This document shows, piece after piece, positions 38,281 through 55,932 of a stretch of 64,000 bases of DNA (position 1 is its first letter; each line of letters begins with the position of its first letter). This DNA is from the human T2T-CHM13v2.0 reference genome, Homo sapiens: NCBI RefSeq assembly GCF_009914755.1, contig NC_060933.1. The stretch is one strand, 5' to 3'. The notes beneath the pieces were generated by a model. That model was not told the origin of the DNA, did not search any database, and was given only the letters and a program-made list of their open reading frames with translations. The position numbers were made by a program, and so were the translations under genes.

Positions 38281-40349
38281 ATACACATATCCACTATAGA
38301 GTTATACATATAATAAAAAACAATATAAAGTCACAAAATGTGACAAAAAGCATATGAGTTTTACTCAAAGCCCTACTTAAGTCAAGTATATATATATAGC
38401 AAATGATAAATAATATAAAGCAAAATATAATGGGATTATTATTGTTTCTGATACCTTCTCATTAAGATATAGGTAAATATATCCATAAGATAAGTTCTTA
38501 TCTGTATATAAAAATATTCTACAGGATCTTTCAAAATTTTTTTCTAATTCTTTTCTTATCATAGTTTGAGACATAGCTGGCTGCTCACATCTTTGTGAAG
38601 CAATTTCTGTAGAGAGTTTTCTATCTCTTTGTCTGCACTTTGTCAAAATTTTTTTTATTGACCATACATTTCATCAATAGTGTTTTATATAGGATCAACT
38701 ATTTTGGTCTTTGAGTGCTATTAAGCAGATCTATGAATCTTAAGAAGTTATGGCTACATCAATGTAAACTGTGCAACTAGGGCCATTTGCTATAACTTTC
38801 TATAAATAGCAATGGATGGTTTGTTCCCACTCTGCATCTTAGCAATGGATTATTTCATAGCTGAACATAGCCATAGTGTTTTCAGAAAACAACATTACAG
38901 GTGAGTGCCACCTCAAAGACCTATTCCTTTTCAGGAAAACAACAATCAAACTGCTTAGGAAAACCCAAAAGGCCCCTATGCCTTCAGTGAGTTTTAAATT
39001 TAAATCAGTGAGGAAAACAAACACAAACTGAATTTCAGTACAAAAAGTGGTAATAATGTAAAGAAAGACAAAGAAGGAAACAGATGTTTCAAGAGAAATA
39101 TTCTTCCTCTCTGACATAGAAGTAGGACCTTAACACTTTGGTAAGATTTCATCAAATACAGACTGAAGATGAAGTAACAATTTCAGACTGAGGAAAAAAT
39201 ATGAATAAAGGAAGAGAGATAGACAAAATGTTCAATATGTTAAAATATCACTGTTTGGGGAATAGAAAAGGAAGTAATGGAACATTTGGCTAGAAATGTA
39301 AGTAGGTCAAAGGCAGATCATGGAAGTTTTCAGATGCCTAGTGACAATAAGTTTCTTTAAACATTAGCGAGATATTGTAGGTTTGGGGTTATTCGATGGG
39401 ATGTTATCTGGTATCTAATAACACTGATGAATTTTCACAACATAATATATAATATAGAATTGAAGATAGAATTCTGGCTAATGCCTGACTTTAGCGGAAG
39501 AAATATGCTGGTCCATAGGCTGCTATAACTCTGAATATGCATACATGTATGTATAGATGTATACATGCATGGATGTATTGTGTATATATGAAGACAAATC
39601 TATTAATTTTTATTTCTTGACAGTTTTTAACATTTATAGAGATTGAACAATGTTAGATACCCCTGATGTAACTGAAAATTACTATATGATTTTTTATATA
39701 ACTTTAATGATGAAACTGATTATATCAATGTGTTTTCTTACATGGAACCACACGTCATTTCCTGGAATAAACCTCATTTAGTCATTTAGTCATAGTGTTC
39801 TGGGTTTGTTTGTTTTTTTTTTTTTGGTATGATCTTGGCATGTCTGCAAACATTTATGTAAGATTTTTCATCAATATTCATAATAAAGTTTGTAGCTTTC
39901 TTTTATGGTGCAATCTTTTTATATTTTAGGATCAATATGTAGTAGCTTCATAAAACAAATATAGAAGTTTTTATTCTATTTCTATGTTCTGGATGATTTA
40001 GGTAGCTTTAATACTATATTATTCTTAAAGATTTGGTAGAATTCTGTGAAGTTTTCTGAGTCTGGTGATTTATGTTGGGGCTGCATTTTTTTAAAACTTG
40101 AATTCTATTACAGTATTATGTTTATTTAGATTTGTTATTTCTTTTCCCATTGTCTTCTTTTATATGGCATTTGGCCTGTTTAGATTTTCTGTCACTACTG
40201 AAGTAAATTTTGGATGGTTTCACCATTCTTTAAAAATTACTGTTTAGTTAGATTGTAAAAGTAAATTTATAATATTATAATTTCTTCTTTTTGATTGCTA
40301 TCCCTTTTTGCCAATTTCAAGTTTCTATCTTGTAGTTTATTTTCTTTTT

Positions 40350-41084
40350 CTTTTTTTTTTTTAACACTTGAAGTTGTGACATACATGTACAGAACGTGCA
40401 GGTTTGTTACATAGGTATACAGGTGCCATAGTGGTTTACTGCACCCATCAACCCATCATCTACATTAGATATTTCTCCTAATGCTATCCCTCCCCTAGCC
40501 CCCAACCCCCACAACAGGCCCCGGTGTGTGATGTTCCCCTCCCTCTGCCCATGTGTTCTCATTGTTCAACTCCCGCTTATGAGTGAGAACATGCGCTGTT
40601 TGGTTTTCTGTTCTTGTGTTAATTTGCTGAGAATGATGATTTCCGGCTTCATCCATGTCTCTGCAAAGGACATGAACTCATCCTTTTTTATGGCTGCATA
40701 GCATTCCACGGTGTATATGTGCCACATTTTCTAACCAGCTAGCATCATAAAGACAGGATCAAATTCACACATAATGATATTAACCTTAAATGTAAACAGG
40801 CTAAATGCCCCAATTAAAAGACACAGACTGGCAAATTGTGTAGAGTCAAAACCCACTGGTGTGCTATATTCAGGAGACCCATCTCATGTGCAAAGGCACA
40901 CGCAGGCTCAAAAAAACAGGATGGAGAAATATTTACCATGCAAATGGAAAGCAAAAAAAAAAAAAAAAAGCAGGAGTTGCAATCCTAGTCTCTGATAAAA
41001 CAGACTTCAAACCAACAAAAATCAAAAAAGACAAAGAAAAGCATTACATAGTGGTAAAGGGATCAATGCAACAAGAAGAGCTAA
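40350..41084 (-). mobile_element. 5'-inverted (twin-primed) L1PA: antisense 3' end 40350-40732 plus sense ORF2 N-terminal piece 40733-41084
   Basis: Orientation switches at about 40732. ORF 40774 reads ILTLNVNRLNAPIKRHRLAN (L1 endonuclease). TSD ttattttcttttt at 40337-40349 and 41085-41097. Confidence 0.9.
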
Positions 41085-41164
41085 TTATTTTCTTTTTTGA
41101 ATTTGCTAGTGATTTGTTGAGTTTGCAGAATTTCTTAAAAATTAATTGATTTTTGGATTTATAT

Positions 41165-41382
41165 TAGGTTGTCAGGCAAATTACAGATTACCCAGTTAAA
41201 TTTGTATTTCAAAAAGTAAACACTGAAAAACGACACGTAATTCCTATAACATATAATTTTTTAGTATAAAATTGTTCCAAATATTACATGGGGCAAACCT
41301 ATACTAAAATTACCTGTTGCTCATCTGAAATTCAAATTTAAATAGACATTCTCTATTTTAATTTCCAAAATATATCAATACT
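41165..41382. mobile_element. MER53 palindromic MITE
   Basis: Inverted arms cccagttaaatttgtatttca ... tctgaaattcaaatttaaatag. Confidence 0.8.
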
Positions 41383-41823
41383 ATTTATTTATTCTAAACT
41401 TTCCTTATTTTTGTTTTCTTATGTTTTATATATTTTCATCTTCATTAATTCCTTGCTTCTGTTCCCTTTGGTTTTCTATTGTATTATTTCCCTTTGTTTT
41501 TTAGATTGGTGTTTAATTAATGTTTTTTTTTTTACTTTTACTAATAGAAGTACTTATGTAGATAAATGCTCTTTAATATATCATGTTTTCATTACCACTA
41601 AATTCAAGAAAGTCTGACATCTTATTTTTTAAATTTCTTTTTTGACCCAAGTTTTAAAAACTACATTTAAAAAATAACAGGTGGAAGGGTTTTTAACTTT
41701 GTTATTAATTTACAATTTTAATGCATTATGATAAAAATGCTGTTTGGACTATTTATATGATTTTAAATTTATTGCATGTTTCTTTGTCATCTAAATTTTA
41801 ATCAACTTGTTCTAAATGTATGA

Positions 41824-41940
41824 TGTATATTTTTAGTAGAGTCGGGGTTTCACTGTGTTAGCCAGGATGGTCTCGATCTCCTGATCTCATGATCTGCCCA
41901 TCTCGGCTCCCCAAAGTGCTGGGATTACAGGCGTGAGCCA
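41824..41940 (-). mobile_element. Alu left-arm fragment (AluY/Sc-like), truncated at both ends
   Basis: gtatatttttagtagag...gttagccaggatggtctcgatctcctga...gcgtgagcca, with no right arm or tail. Confidence 0.9.
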
Positions 41941-42744
41941 TCTTTCATATCAATTATGGTTCTTATAATTTTTACTGGTTTATTTTGTACATTTAATATG
42001 ACTTCATTGAGAAGGTTTAATAAAGTTTCTTATTACTGTATTTCTATTTTTCTTGAATCTGCTGTACTTCTGTTTTATGAAAGTTATGGCTTTATTACTG
42101 TGTGCATACATATTAATAAGTGTTGTCATGTGATAGCATGACATGACATGATCTGATAGCATAACTTTTTCTGTTTAAATCCTTTTTTGTGTGAATTCTA
42201 TTTAGTCAAATAGAAAGACTGTGACTTCTGCTTTTTAAAGTATGTTTATATTGTCTGTTATGCCTTTGTTGATCCTTTCATTTTCAACTTTTTTTAAATA
42301 GGCTGGTTAAGGACATTTATTGATATGTTTGAACTCAATTCTGTATAATTTTTCTATTTAGTATGAATAGTCTAGTCTTTCATAATGTATTTTCTTTTCC
42401 TTTAGATCTGTTTTTTTGGTTATTTAGAAAATTTTAAAATGTTCTGTGTATATTATGTATATACACTTGTTATAAATATACAAATTACTATTATGCATTA
42501 TATTTCTGAATTATTTGAGTAAGTTACAGACACATGCCCATTTGTCATATGATCAATCAATATATATTTACTAAAATGAGTATTTTCTTTTATATAACCA
42601 CAGTAAAATTTCTACCATCAGAAAATTAACTTTTAAATAAAAGAATACTGTTACTAAATATTGATCATAACTAAACATGGCCACTTGTCACAATAATAAT
42701 CATTTCATAAATGAAATTCAAAGTATATTTATACTATACTAGTT

Positions 42745-43400
42745 TCTGTAAGTACAAAAGAAAATTTAGAAACATACAGTGTATCTTCTCATTTGTACAA
42801 GAAACACAGAAAGGATTAATTAAAGAAAACAATGAAGTTGGTTTAGATGCAAAGAGTAGAAAGGAATGGTATTGAAGGCATGGGATGATGGAAACAGGGT
42901 AGAAGGGAAGATAGGATGATGGGAACAGGAAGAAAAAGGAGGATAATTTTTAATGTATAACTTTCTATATATGTTTCATTTTTAGAACCATGGTAAAATT
43001 TCACATATTTGAAAACAATCAAAATCAACAATGATAGGTTAGATAGAACAAAATTGAGAACAAACAAAGCAAATGAAACTAAGTGTAGGGAGGAAGAAAT
43101 AACCTAAGTAACTTGAAAATAGTGGTTTGACTGTACACATCCTAAGGGCTATGAAGCAATTTCAGAAATACTCTATGTATATTCTGAAACTGGGAGAATG
43201 AGTAAATATATTGTTGATGAAAGCCAGGATTCACATCTTTAGTAGGGAATTTTAAATATAGAAAGAGGGAAGGCTAGAACAAAAGTTATTATGCTTAATT
43301 GGAAATGGAGATACAATTATGAACTCATTTATTTAATATAAATATATAGGTAGAAACATATATGGATATGTTTATATACACACATAAAATCACACACACA
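42745..43400 (+). mobile_element. L1MC-type 3' region
   Basis: ttttagaaccatggtaaaatttcacatatt and aaagaggg-aaggctagaa pattern. Confidence 0.6.
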
Positions 43401-44203
43401 CCTATTTACATTTCAAGGTATAGATATGTAATTATGCACGTTCCTATATACGTACATATGTATCTGTATAAACATACATGCATATATGATATGAGAATAA
43501 TGAGTATTTAGAAATTATTGCTGTATATTTTCAATTTTCTAAGCCTGAGTGTATCTTAAATTAGAAAGCTTAAATGTATTCTATTTCCATTGCCATTATC
43601 TCAAAATCTTTCCAAAATCTATTTTTTAAATGCAGAATCTTAAGCTAGTTTGAAACACGATTCCTTATTTCTCAATATTTGCCTCTTGAGGTACTTTCTG
43701 TGATGAAGCATTTCCAATATTTTCTCATATTTGTGTTATTTTTCTTTACACCTTTGATGAGCTCAAGTAAAATGAGTGATTGAGGTTACAAAATTACCAC
43801 TTTGTCACAATCATTTTTACCTACTTATCAATAGAATTACCATTAGCATCTTCTGCCCTTTTTTGCTGACAATTTACTCATTAAATTTGATCCATGTCAT
43901 ATTTGTGACCATTAAAATGAAGTATACTTTCTGTCATTCAGTGAAGATATGACTTTAGAGCCCTAATATCTTTCCAAGTCAGTTACCACAAAAGTGACAA
44001 TACTGAAGATGTGTTTTGAATGGATAGTGCATTTGTCTTTCTGATACAGTTCTCCACACTTCATAAATATTTACAGTCTCTGTTGTTTGTCACTAGAAAT
44101 TATGGTACTCATCCAAGGGTTTCATTTATTTAAAATGACAATAATTGTACAGTTTTTTATTCTTCCCTGCATTTATGAAAGTTTGTAAGTAGAAATATTA
44201 ATG

Positions 44204-44412
44204 CAATGCTGTATTAAAGCTGGCTCATATTGGCTCTAAATAGTTGATTTAGTATACCTATTCCAAACCCTACATTCAGTGATTTCACACTGATAGCTTA
44301 AAATCATGGTAGTGTGCATATCTATAATATGTAAACTGGTGAATGAAAGCAATCAGCCATCTCTTCTCCCCACAATCAGGGTGGTATTTACTAAATTTAC
44401 CAGCACTCCACT
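44204..44412. mobile_element. MER63-like hAT fossil
   Basis: aagctggctcatattggctc...aaatttaccagcactccact termini. Confidence 0.65.
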
Positions 44413-44799
44413 CCTCTAATGTTCCTGGGAACATGGGACATTCTACATTGATAAAACTTTAATTGGAGATTTGGAAATATTGAATAAGAGTTAGCTAGTT
44501 GAATGTGGGTACTAAAGGGTAATGGGTGGATAAAACACATGCTTAGAATCCACATACATGAAGGAAAAGACAAACGTATGTCATACAGAAAAAAGTGAAA
44601 AATGCTATGGTAAAAGTATGACTCACAAAATTATACAAAATTTAGGTATAGAAGTGGACTGAAGAAATATTATTGTAACCACGTAAGAATTATGGACTTT
44701 GGATAAGGACAAGAATTTGGATAAATTCTTGAAAGATGAATATCATAAACATTTAATCATGTCTATTCAGTTGTTAATGGATTAGATAAGAGACATCAA

Positions 44800-48692
<3,893 letters not shown>

Positions 48693-49231
48693 TTCATTCA
48701 ACTTGATGTTGCTGTTTTAGGATCTGATAAACAAGATTGCTATGCTTTCTGAAAAAGACAATAGTTTGGTTCTTTTAGTGGAAGTGAGAAGAAAAATTTG
48801 AACACAAACCATAGGTTTTATACATTCTTTACACACATTTATGCTCAAATTATAAAGAGTATTTTTGTATTCCCCACACAACCTTCATTTCATACAAAAG
48901 TGTGAATATTTGTTAATAAAAAAAGTTATTTTTCTCTAGAAGTGGCATTTTTTCACTTCAGAAGATGGATGCCTGTGCCTTAGAACCAAAACTATGCAAG
49001 GTCAATCAAGACTTGTTTATGACATGGTGAAGACCAATTACAAAAATCATTTGCCATTTTTTTTATATGAATATTCAGGTTTTTCCTCAGGGATGTAAAT
49101 CCCTCCAATCATACATGAGCTATTTTACCAGAAATCTGTTATAGCCTTAATAGGCACATCTATAAGACCCTATCTGTTCCTGTGAGAAGCCAAAAGGACC
49201 ATGTAGTTGTACTAGAGCTGAGTATTTTGTC

Positions 49232-49772
49232 TTGCTCCATTAAATAAGATGTTATTTGTAGGTACATCAATGCCCTATATCAGTTTAAGAAAGTTTACTT
49301 TTATTTCTAGTCTAATGAGAGGTTTTCTTTTATCTTTAATGAATTAGAGTAGAATATTTAGTTTAGTTGTATGTGTGCACAATATGGTTTGACTCTATGC
49401 TCCCACCCAGTCCCATGTTAAATTGTAATCCCCAGTGTTGAAGGTTGGGCCTGGTGGGAGGTAACTGAAACATGGAGGTGGTTTCTAACGATTTAACACC
49501 ATCTCCATAGTGCTCTCTCGTGATACAGTTCTCATAAGATCTGGTTGTTTAAAAGTGTATGGCACCTTCCCCGTGGCTTTCTTTCTCCTGCTCCAGCCAT
49601 CATGCAGATGTACCTGCTTCCCCTTCACCTTCTGCCATGATTAAGTTTCCTGAGGCCTCCCCAGCTGTGCTTCCTGTACAGCCTGTGGAACTGTGAGCCA
49701 GTTAAACCTCTTTTCTTTATAAGTTACTCAGTCTCAGGTAGTTCTTTATAGCAATGTGAGAATAGACTAATA

Positions 49773-49805
<33 letters not shown>

Positions 49806-49945
49806 CATTTGGTTATAGGACCCTGAAAATGCTGGCTTCATAAAACAGGATTTGAAGTGTTTCATCCTCCTTTATTTTCCAGAAAAAAAAAGTTGAATAG
49901 GAGTGGCGTTGTTTAAAAAACTTGGAAATTGTATAAAAGATATTT
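49232..49945 (-). mobile_element. Antisense L1M ORF2 piece continuing the L1 broken at 47930
   Basis: Reverse complement ...ctggaaaataaaggaggatgaaacacttcaaatcctgttttatgaagccagcatt... is the L1 segment that normally follows ...aaagaaattg...aaccttc. Confidence 0.75.
49377..49774 (+). mobile_element. MSTA-type LTR followed by (TG)n at 49775-49804
   Basis: tatggtttg...ctcaggtagttctttatagcaatgtgagaatagactaataca. Confidence 0.9.
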
Positions 49946-50450
49946 ACACTTTCCATTGAACTGTTTAGCATAATTGAAGAAGCAAGTGGGGGCAAGATGT
50001 GGAACTCAGTTTTGGACGTACTGAGATTAAGTTGTCTGGATTCATTTATGAAAATATATTAAAATAGGCAGCTGTGTGAATGGTCTGGTATGTCATGATA
50101 GAAGTATGAGGTGCAAGTATATATTTTAAACAACTGGCTTATAGATTATAATGGAAGTTTGTGAGTGGGTGAGGAATTGGGGTAGAGTGCTGAAGGAGAT
50201 AATCATTTAAAGATGAAGTGAAGAGGAAAGAATTATTAATGAGATTGGGAAGGAGGAATCTGTTAAATAGAAAAGCAGGGACAAACATGTCTGGGGATGA
50301 GGGAAGAATCATAAGCATCAAATTCTGCCTTATATTTCAAGCAAGATTAAAAATGAAAAGCAAATATGAATACTAATGATGGCACTGCAAAAGCAATTCA
50401 GGGTGCAGAAATAGATTGTAGTAGATTGAGAAATGATTAGAGGCCTCATC
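49940..50450 (+). mobile_element. L2 fragment; 49940-50325 is the partner of the inverted duplicate
   Basis: ggaactcagttttggacgtactgag L2 motif, and L2-like sequence continues past 50325. Confidence 0.75.
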
Positions 50451-50651
50451 TGCCTAATTTCAAAATCAATATTTTTAATTTCTCAAGGTGTGTTACATAT
50501 TTGCCGCCAAAATGAGATAAGTATAATTACTATTTCTTCATTTAAAAATATGAATGAATAATATATATTGATGGTTGTTGACTATGTTAAATTTCCTAAG
50601 CTATTTTCCCACTAAACAAGTTCTTCATATGAAGATTAAAACGATGGCCCA

Positions 50652-50953
<302 letters not shown>

Positions 50954-51127
50954 AGGCCAAATATGATTATATGCAGTTGCTTAGACAATTTTTCCAATAA
51001 AACTAGACAGTTAAGAAGTATTAAATGAAACATCAGTGGGGACAAAACAGTGATCTGGGGTACTTAGTAGCAGCTGATTCATTATTTGTAGATTTTTTTT
51101 CCAAGCATATTTATAGTATAATATTAC

Positions 51128-51490
51128 AATTATCAGGATAGGTGAACTGCTATGACAAATAATCCTAAATTTCAGTGTCTTCATATAATATGGTTTATTA
51201 CTCTCTCACTTTACAGTAATACTAGTTGATCATGGGTGAGAAAGACTACTATTCAGTAACTCTGTTATTCTGTTATCATCTAGGTCTGGTTCCATATGGC
51301 ATATAAGTGAAGGGAGTGAAAGATCATGTATGTGGGTTTATGGTGAAAACAATAAATGACATAACATCACTTCCACTTATGTATGATTGGATAAAACTCT
51401 ATCACATTCCTCAACCTAACTGCAAGTAATGATTGAGACAGGTAGTCCTCAGAGGCAAGAGAAACAGATCGTAGCTAATACTTGGAAGAA
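51128..51490 (-). mobile_element. Old MaLR LTR (MLT1J/K/L-like)
   Basis: tcaggatagg...tgctatgacaaataatcctaaatttcagtgtctt...cacttccacttatg...aacctaactgcaag. Confidence 0.6.
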
Positions 51491-51589
51491 TCTGATTCAT
51501 AATGCCTGAGTTACTCTTAACTATTGGCTTTACATACACTATACAGTAATAATCAGAAAAGGAGCTCAGATGAAGTCAATTAATGAGTT

Positions 51590-52320
51590 TTTTTCTCCCA
51601 ACACATCCAAAATTTAACCACCTCTCTTCTCCACTCTTACACCTCTGGTATAAGGCTCTGTCATCTCTCTTGTGTGTATTGTATTATTCTCCTTTTTTGT
51701 TTTCCTCTTTCTTACTTGTGGCCTCTAGGCTGACTATTCTTCACACAGAAGCCAATGTCAGGCTTCTAATATAACATTTAAAAAAAGTCATCAGGGTACT
51801 GTTCTACCGAAAATTCTCCAGTGGCTATCTATTCTACTCAGAGGCTCTCTATGATGTGGATTTTCTTTACTCCTCTGACATTGTGTCAGAGTTTCAGCCA
51901 CAATATTCTTCTTGCTTTCCCTAGACAAGTAAGCTCTAAAAGCAAGCCTTTTGCACTTGCTGCTTTCTCTACCTAGAATACTATTTGCCCAGATAGTTGC
52001 ATAGCTTGTTCATTCCCTTCAATTATGCCTAAAAATTAATCAATAAAATCTTTCTTGATAATACTTTAGGAAATAGCTCCCCTGTGTACATACCTCTAGT
52101 AATTGCCTTCCCAAATAACACATAGATTTATTTTACTCAATAGCACATATCACTATCTGATGTACTGTTTATTTTCTTCTTATTTGATTACTGCCTATTT
52201 ACAACTGATATCATGCAATCTCGATGACAGCAGGCACCTTGTCGATTTTGCTCAAATTTCCTATCTCCAAGATCTAAAGTATTCGCACACAATTGGCATT
52301 CAAAGTATGTGATGAGTGAG
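51590..52320 (+). mobile_element. L2 3' region
   Basis: ctttgcacttgctgctttctctacctagaatac...ctcgatgacagcaggcacc...ggcattcaaagtatgtgatgagtga; strand tentative. Confidence 0.7.
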
Positions 52321-52606
52321 TAACATTGATGCAAATATGTGTCAATAGTATTTTAAAAATATAAATTTTATTTATTTTTGTGATGAATAGCTTAAAAGTA
52401 TTTATATTATAAAAAGTAGTGCTGTCAACATATATACAATTTCTGTTTCTTATTTATCTCTCAATGTCATCATATAAAGGTATCTTCTTTAAATGTACCT
52501 TTAATATGGCTTTTAAATTCATGCTACTGAACATTTCTCTATAAATAGGTTAGTTATTATAGATATAAGATTGAAGAACTGCTTTGTGTATAAACACTTA
52601 TGTATT

Positions 52607-53000
52607 TGTCTTAGTCCATTTTGTGATGATATGATAGAATAAAATACACTGGGTAATTTACCAAAAAAGGAAATAAAATATTTATTTCTTATATTTCTGG
52701 AGGCTGGGAAGTCCAAGGTTGAGGGGCCTGAATCTGGTAAGGGACTTCTTACTATGTCATCCTATGGCTGAAGGTAAAAAGCCAAGAGAGTCCACGAAAA
52801 TGAGAAAGGGGCCTCATCCTTTTATCAGAAAAGTACTCTTGCAGTAACTAGCCCACTCCCAAGATAATGGCATTAATTCATTCATGAAGGCTCTGGCCTA
52901 ATGAAGACATCACCTCTTAAAAACCTCACCTCTCAACATTGTTGATTGGGGATTAAGTTTCCAATACATGTACTTTGTCGGACACATTCAGACCATAGCA
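52607..53000 (-). mobile_element. MST-type LTR (MSTB/C-like)
   Basis: tgtcttagtccatttt...gacacattcagaccatagca with TSD gtatt. Confidence 0.9.
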
Positions 53001-53559
53001 GTATTTAACATTGATCACTTACAGTAGACTCCTCCTGTAAGTGGATTTATATCGGCAAAGGGCAAAGACATTTTTAAGTATTTTGATAAATATTGATAAA
53101 TTCCTTTCTAGAAAGGCTTTACCTACTTATACTCTCAACAAATGCTTACTAATATTATCATTTTAAATTGTTTGCTAATGTTATCAGTGAAATTATATAA
53201 CACCTTATAGTGTAGCATTTTATAGTTCATTAATTCATTCAACAAATTCTCATTGATTATATATTTAAAAATAAGTTCCCTGTGCTTGAAACATGTTGAT
53301 ATATTTATTTGTGTTTTTGATTAGTATAAACAATATTAGGACATAAGTTGAAAATATTGGACAGTCACTGCCCATTGTCATTACCATTTAGACTTGTAAT
53401 TACATTATTTATAACGAAGCCTGGGTCTGGACAGATCCACTATAAATGAATAACCTGCTTAGGAATGTTTTAATTAGCTTTCTATGCATCCGATTTGCAG
53501 TACTAATGGTGAAAATGAGCACAAAAGAACGAGTGGAGAAAATATATACAGGTCTTCAG

Positions 53560-53770
53560 TAGGCAAGCATAATGTTTATTTCCAGCTCTGCCACCTAATT
53601 GTTGTATGATTTGAACAAGAAATTTGCCACTTTGAGCCTCAGACTCCTTGTCTATGATGTAATAATTTTGATCAACTATCTTTCTGAAGACTGTTTGAGA
53701 AATAATTTGCCATAAAAGTTAACTGAGTGTGCAGTAGCCTCTTTGACACTTAGTAGGCACTTATTAAATT
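53560..53770 (+). mobile_element. MIR
   Basis: ttccagctctgccacctaattgttgtatgatttgaacaag...tgagcctcagactccttgtctatga. Confidence 0.7.
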
Positions 53771-55757
53771 TTGGTTTAGATCCTACCTTCTTCAATGTTT
53801 TGACTAACCTCAGAACTCAAATTTCCAATTGATTTTAATTTAGTTCTAGCTTAAAAGCATATTATTACAAAAGGCATGCTCACTACAGCCAAACAGCCAA
53901 CACTGCAATTCTGCAGGAGACACTAAGAAGAGCCACAGGAGACAAGTCTTTCTAGGTTATAATATAGTCTAAAATAAACAAAAAAACATTTTACAGAAAA
54001 TATGTAAAAGACAAATATCTGTATGACTTTATCAGAGAAGATTGTACTAATTTGGCTTGGAAAAGCAATTCTTTATTGGATATGTTATTGTTTTCCCAGT
54101 GCAGCATCTTCTTCCCAATACAAAGAGCGTGCCAGTTTAATACTCTGGAAAGACTGTCAGTTCCTCCTGAGTTCAGCTCATGCATCTTAATGCAGCATCG
54201 GCTTTCCTGTAGACGACCACATTTCAGGCCCTTTGAAAAAACTCATATAAAAAAAGACGTGATGTTCAAGAAACGGAGGTGGCTTGAATAATTTAACAGC
54301 TACATATAGCCCTATGAAATGTTAAAGGGGCAATAGGGTACAATGGGGAGTTTTACAGAGACTGTAGCATGGCATGCCTCCTTCTGGCACAGTCGGCTCC
54401 TTGGTGCTAGTGATAGTTGATATGTTATGATGGTGAAATAATAATTACAATGAAGTTAATAAGTACTTTAATAGAAGCTAAACTAGCTTACTGATATTCA
54501 GGCCTTTAAAAAAATAAAAGGGCTCAAATAACAACATTATTTGGAACATTTAGCTGACATTAAAAATCATTTTCTAGAACATCCCGTCTTTGCTACTTTA
54601 AAATACATTTGTTATGGATAAGAACTGTTCAGCCAGCTATTTCTTTCTTTCAAAAATATGATAGGTTTTATAATCGCTTTCCAAAGTGAAAGGTAAAAAG
54701 ACAGATGCAAAGTCTCTTAGGTTGTGCTCACATGATTAGAAGAATCAATGTTTATAATTCCTCATATGGTAAATCCACATACCCAATCTCACATTATAGT
54801 AAGGAAAATCTCCACCAGAGGCACAGATTTTACTGCCGATATCCACATAAGGCAGGGAGGCCCAAACAAGGACATGCATTTTCTTTTTCATTGCAAATCT
54901 TTGTTTTAAACACCTATAACATTCGTAAACCTTTCTCGTTGTTTCTAAAAATGTATTTTTTCTTTTTTTTTTTTTTACTTCATTTGATATCCCAATGTGC
55001 TTATGAAAAAAACTGTAATTAGCTAGAGCTATATTTTACTCACTTTCATTGAAGGATATGTTTGAAATATCTTGCCTAAAAGAAAGTACCGTACTATTTT
55101 GCCACTACTTCTAAGAGGTCTCTTGCTTTTGCATTTTCTAATACTGTGCACTGAGTTCTCATTTTGAAGAAATACCTAAAGATGAGGAAAAACAGACAAG
55201 GAGCTTATTTTCCTATGAGAGCTACGATTCTGATCTCATTCTTAGATGAATACTTTAAATAAGTTGATCAGTGATGTTTGAGATCTCACTGAATACTCCA
55301 GATGTGTTTTATATACTTTCAGTTCTCAGGAAAATTCACAGTGTATCCAAGCTTATCTATGGCTCATTTAGGAGAGCCAATGGGTCCACAAAATGATGAT
55401 TCTTACTGTCTGGGTAAATAGTCTGTGTGATCAAAAAGTAAACAGCTAAATGGTGAAGTAATTGCTATTCATATAGACCCTTCACAATGTTTTACAGTTT
55501 CAGAGTTGCTTCTGTATATATAATTTTATAGGAAATATACTTTGCATCATTCTGAGGAAGATTTGGAAAGAGGGATGAATTCCAAGCAGAAGCAAGCTAG
55601 ACGCTGAAGATACACTGAAGAGAACGAAGAGAATCTGGAGATACCTAAGACATGGCACATGACTTTGATGGCAGAGTCTCAGAGTTTGAAGAGAAAATTA
55701 CCTTTGAAATTATAATTCTGTTTTCTCACAAAGCATGGCCAACTTTCCTGTTTTCTC

Positions 55758-55932
55758 CCAGCTTTACTGAGGTGTAATTGAAAAATAAAAATTGTGTGTA
55801 TTTATAGTGTACAATGTGATGTTTTACTCTATGTGTACATTGTGAAGTGATTGCAACAATCAAGCTAATGAATATATTCATCACCTCATATAGCTATTTA
55901 TTTTGTGTGTATATGTGTTTGTATGGTGAGAG
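55758..55932 (-). mobile_element. L1MA-type 3' end
   Basis: cagctttactgaggtgtaattg...aatcaagctaatgaatatattcatcacctca. Confidence 0.85.

Larger units (their letters stand above)
39630..42480 (-). mobile_element. Old L1M ORF2 region, antisense and fragmented
   Basis: gtagcttcataaaacaaat...agatttggtagaattctgtgaag...tctgagtctggtg antisense ORF2 pattern. Confidence 0.7.

Noticed and set aside
41165-41382. MER53 hairpins (also 35336-35879) as miR-1302-family precursors
   Set aside because: The mature-equivalent segments are degenerate (tggggcaaacctatactaaa), and the other copy is split by an Alu.
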